Made by a program: the position numbers and the translations under genes
From: Camelus dromedarius
Taxonomy: Eukaryota
DNA length: 64,000 nucleotides
Assembly (NCBI RefSeq): GCF_036321535.1
Contig: NC_087447.1
Coordinates: 40,240,001 to 40,304,000, forward strand
Reading direction: 5' to 3'
Shown: piece after piece, positions 60,997 to 64,000 of the stretch
Numbering within the stretch: the stretch's first letter is position 1
Layout: each line of letters begins with the position of its first letter
Notes under the pieces: model-generated
Database searches by the model: none
Seen by the model: the letters and a program-made list of their open reading frames with translations, nothing else
What the model was told of the DNA's origin: nothing

Positions 60997-63069
60997 CTGT
61001 GCAACTACTTCCCAAGCATGTTCATGCTGAGCAAACATAGAAAATAACAGTAGTTGTACAGTGAGTGAGGCTGCTTGTTACTGGGGGCCACTGGCTCAAA
61101 GAGTCCTGCCCTCTCGGTCCTACCCAGCCACCCCAAGGGCTATGACCCTGAGGGTCAATGTTGCGATCAACGTGTAACCCATTCCAGGCATACCAGCTCT
61201 TAATGATGGCTGAGTTCCCTGTCAGCTCCAGCCTCCAAGCCCAGGACACCAACGTCATAGTGATGATGAGAAGCTCAGTACAGGACGTGCACGGGACCTT
61301 GTCAGTCCTTGCATGGCCTCCTGTCCCTCCATTCCCCACAGTCAGTGCCAAGCCCTGGGCTGGGGCTGCAGTACAAAGGGTGACTCAGAGCCCAGCTTCA
61401 CTGAGTGTGGGGCATCAATGATGATGAACCAAGCAGCCTCCCTGACCTTCACCGTCAAGGAGCCTGTGGCCCCATGGTTGTCAGAGCAGGACGCTGGTGG
61501 GCTCTGGCCCTGTGGAGGGGAGCCCAGGTGCCCGGAGACAGGGATCCAGGCGCCCACCAGGCTATTATTGGCAGCACTTTGGCGCCACCTCCTGGGAAGC
61601 TTGGAGAGTGCCAGTGGGCACAAGCTTGCCCAGAGGAAGGGAGGACGGGCCCTGCCCACCAAAGAGGGTTGGTTGTCAGAGACCTCTCAGGCCCCACCTG
61701 GCAGCTCTCCGAGGCCCGCAGGGCACAGCAGTGGGGTCAGCTCTCTTCCTGCAGGGAAAGGGCACTTTGGATGGAAGGAGGGGTGAGGCCAGCTGCCCTG
61801 GGGAAGGAGACGGGGAAGGGAGGCAGCTCAAGCCCTGTGTGAGTCTGGAAGGAAGACATTTCAGAACCCAGGACCTGGTTCACACCTCCATCGTTAAACA
61901 GTACCAGGCCCTGGATATACTGGGAGAAACCCGGCAGGAGCTTGGAGGTGGCCAAAACGTGACTGTGGGAAGTGGGCTGAAGGGCGTGATGTCTGGGCAG
62001 GTCTTGGAGGATGAGGAGGGTTGGCTGCACTCAGAGGAGGAAAAGGAACTGAGTTCACAGGAGTTTGTGGTAGAGGGAGCTGCCCCAGGGCCCAAGCCTG
62101 GAGGTGAGAAGGGGGGAGGGCCTCTGGGGAAGCGAAGTGGCTCCGGGAGGCCAGAGAGTGGAGACTGGGGGGAAGGGCACTGGAGCTGAAGCAGCTGGGG
62201 TGAGGCTGCGGGGGCAGCGCGGTCCAGCTCACCCAGGGCCTTGTTTTCTGCAACCGCCACTCTCTCTGGCAGACCCCCAGGGTCCAACCCCCAGGGACTT
62301 CTGTGTTTGAGTGGTTTTCTCCGAGGCTACCCAGAGCAGGTCTGGGGCTGCAGGTGCAGCAGAGGAGCTGCGTAGTGGAGATGGGGAGAGGGGAGGGGAC
62401 AGCCCCAGGCTGGGAGACAGGAGACTCTCCGCTGACTAGCCCTGTCACCTGGCAGCATTCCTCCTCTCGGGCCTCAGTTTCCCCGACAGAAAGGGGTTGC
62501 CTGAAGGTCTCCATCAACACTGCTTAGCCGGTCTGAGTCCCAGAGTGCAGGAAGGGAGTGAGGTTTGGAAACATCTGTGCTCTGGGGAATGTCCCCTGCT
62601 CCACAGCGGGGTGGGCGGGGCGCTCTGCAGCCAGGCCCCAGTTGTGCTCAGATGCTGAGTGGGGCTTCTTAAACTGACTGAGTCTTGAGTTCCCTCAGTG
62701 GGGGAGCAGGGGGAGTGGGGCCCCCATGGAGGGTTAGATGCCAGGCTGAGCCTCAGAGGCTTATGGGGGAGGGGTCTCTTGGTCAGAGTTCAGCCTCACA
62801 AGTTTCTTCATGGCCCCCACAAAGGGCCATGGAGGCCATGCCGGGGGAGCCCGGGGCTCTGTCTAGCTCCAAAAGTCTGAGGAGCCCACCGCAGTTTCTC
62901 CCCAAGAGATTGCTGGGAGGCAAAGTAAGAAGTCCCCAGTTGAGACTGTGGAGTCCTTTTCTGGGAGCTGCGAAGTCTTAGTCCTGAAGTCTCTGGGTGA
63001 GTGAGTCAGGAAGCTGGGATGGGAGACAGGGCGTGAATGGGGGGCAGGGAGGGGGACAGCCAGAAAAAT

Positions 63070-63220
63070 GGAGGGGGAGGGTATAGCTCAGCAGTAGAGT
63101 GCATGCTTAGCATGCATGAGGTCCTGGGTTCCATTCCCAGTACCTCCATTAAAAATATAAATAAATAAATAAAAATAAACCTAATTGCTTCTCCCCAAAA
63201 TAAAAATTAAAAACAAAAAC
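63070..63220 (+). mobile_element. vic-1-like SINE
   Basis: 'gggggagggtatagctcagcagtagagtgcatgcttagcatgcatgaggtcctgggttccattcccagtacctcca' plus (taaa)n, 'aacctaattgcttctcccc' and an A tail. Confidence 0.92.
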
Positions 63221-63519
63221 CAGGCATGAACAACTGAAGCCCCTGGAAAGCACACTGAGCCTCTTATCTGAGGGAGGCAGGGCAGGGTTAGGGTGACGCC
63301 TCATTTTATGACGGTAACACTTCCCTCAGGGAAGAATGTCAGAGGTCAGCAGTCCAGCCCAGTAATTCACAGAAAAGGACATCAAGCCGTACATTAGAGA
63401 GTAACGTGCACTGGGCCAGAGGGTACATTGGTGACTGAGTGACAGAGAAGTAGCTCCTTAGGGGAGGGACCTGAAGATTCCAGCAGGCTCTTAGTACCAA
63501 AGGGCAGAGGGAGGCATCC

Positions 63520-63760
63520 TGCAAGTGTGAAATACACACAGAATTTCAGGATTTAGTGCAGAAAAAAAAAAAAGGATATGGAATATCTCATTACTGATTT
63601 TTATTTTAATTATATGTTGACATGACAAGATATTGGATATATTGGGTTAAATAAAACATATTAAAAAGTAATGTCACCTGTTTCTTTTTCCTTCTTTTAA
63701 TGTGGCTGTGAGAAATGTTAAGATAAATAAGCAGTTGGCATCTGTAGTATATATTTGTTA
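63520..63760. mobile_element. MER33-like hAT-Charlie fragment
   Basis: 'gtgtgaaatacacacagaatttc...tattggatatattgggttaaataaaacatatt...cacctgtttcttttt...ttttaatgtggct'. Confidence 0.75.
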
Positions 63761-64000
63761 CACACCCGGCAGTGATTTCCAACGCTGGCTATGCCGGGTT
63801 GTTTCATTGCTGTCACCCCCAGACCTAGTCCACAGAATGGGAGAGGGTGGGGATAGACAAGGGAACCTTAGAGGACTTTCCACGTGTGAGGCACTGGTCT
63901 AAAGTTTACCATCTCACTTTGTCTTCAGAATCCCCAGTTACAGGAGTTCATCCCTCCAGCAGCCGGCCCTTCGTGCTGGGACTCCCCAGACCCTGGTCAG

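Noticed and set aside
61313..62520. Several overlapping 135-230-aa ORFs on both strands
   Set aside because: GC-rich sequence open in many frames, with no domain, codon-bias or splice support visible.

Overview
This is mammalian nuclear DNA, most likely from a camelid (camel, llama or alpaca). The evidence is six copies of a tRNA-Ala(AGC)-derived SINE resembling camelid vic-1, plus cetartiodactyl-type L1 ends. I found no convincing protein-coding exon, RNA gene or CRISPR array; the longer ORFs in the supplied track arise from repeats or GC-rich sequence. The main landmark is a CpG-island promoter at ~18.0-19.1 kb with CCAAT boxes, GC boxes, an E-box and an ERSE-like element. It has minus-strand splice donors, suggesting a non-coding first exon of a gene I could not name. 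Positions 1-18.7 kb would be that gene's intron and 19-64 kb an LTR/LINE-rich upstream region. The most unusual objects are: (i) a ~340-bp insertion bounded by a probable target-site duplication (TSD), made of an L1 5' end fused directly to an L1 3' end; (ii) a ~100-bp internal L1 ORF2 fragment with its own TSD; (iii) a 15-copy 41-bp minisatellite carrying an array of CACGTG E-boxes; and (iv) SINE copies with extra sequence inside their TSDs. I see no evidence for a new multi-gene system. Repeat family names come from recalled consensus motifs, not a database search, and boundaries without a TSD are approximate.
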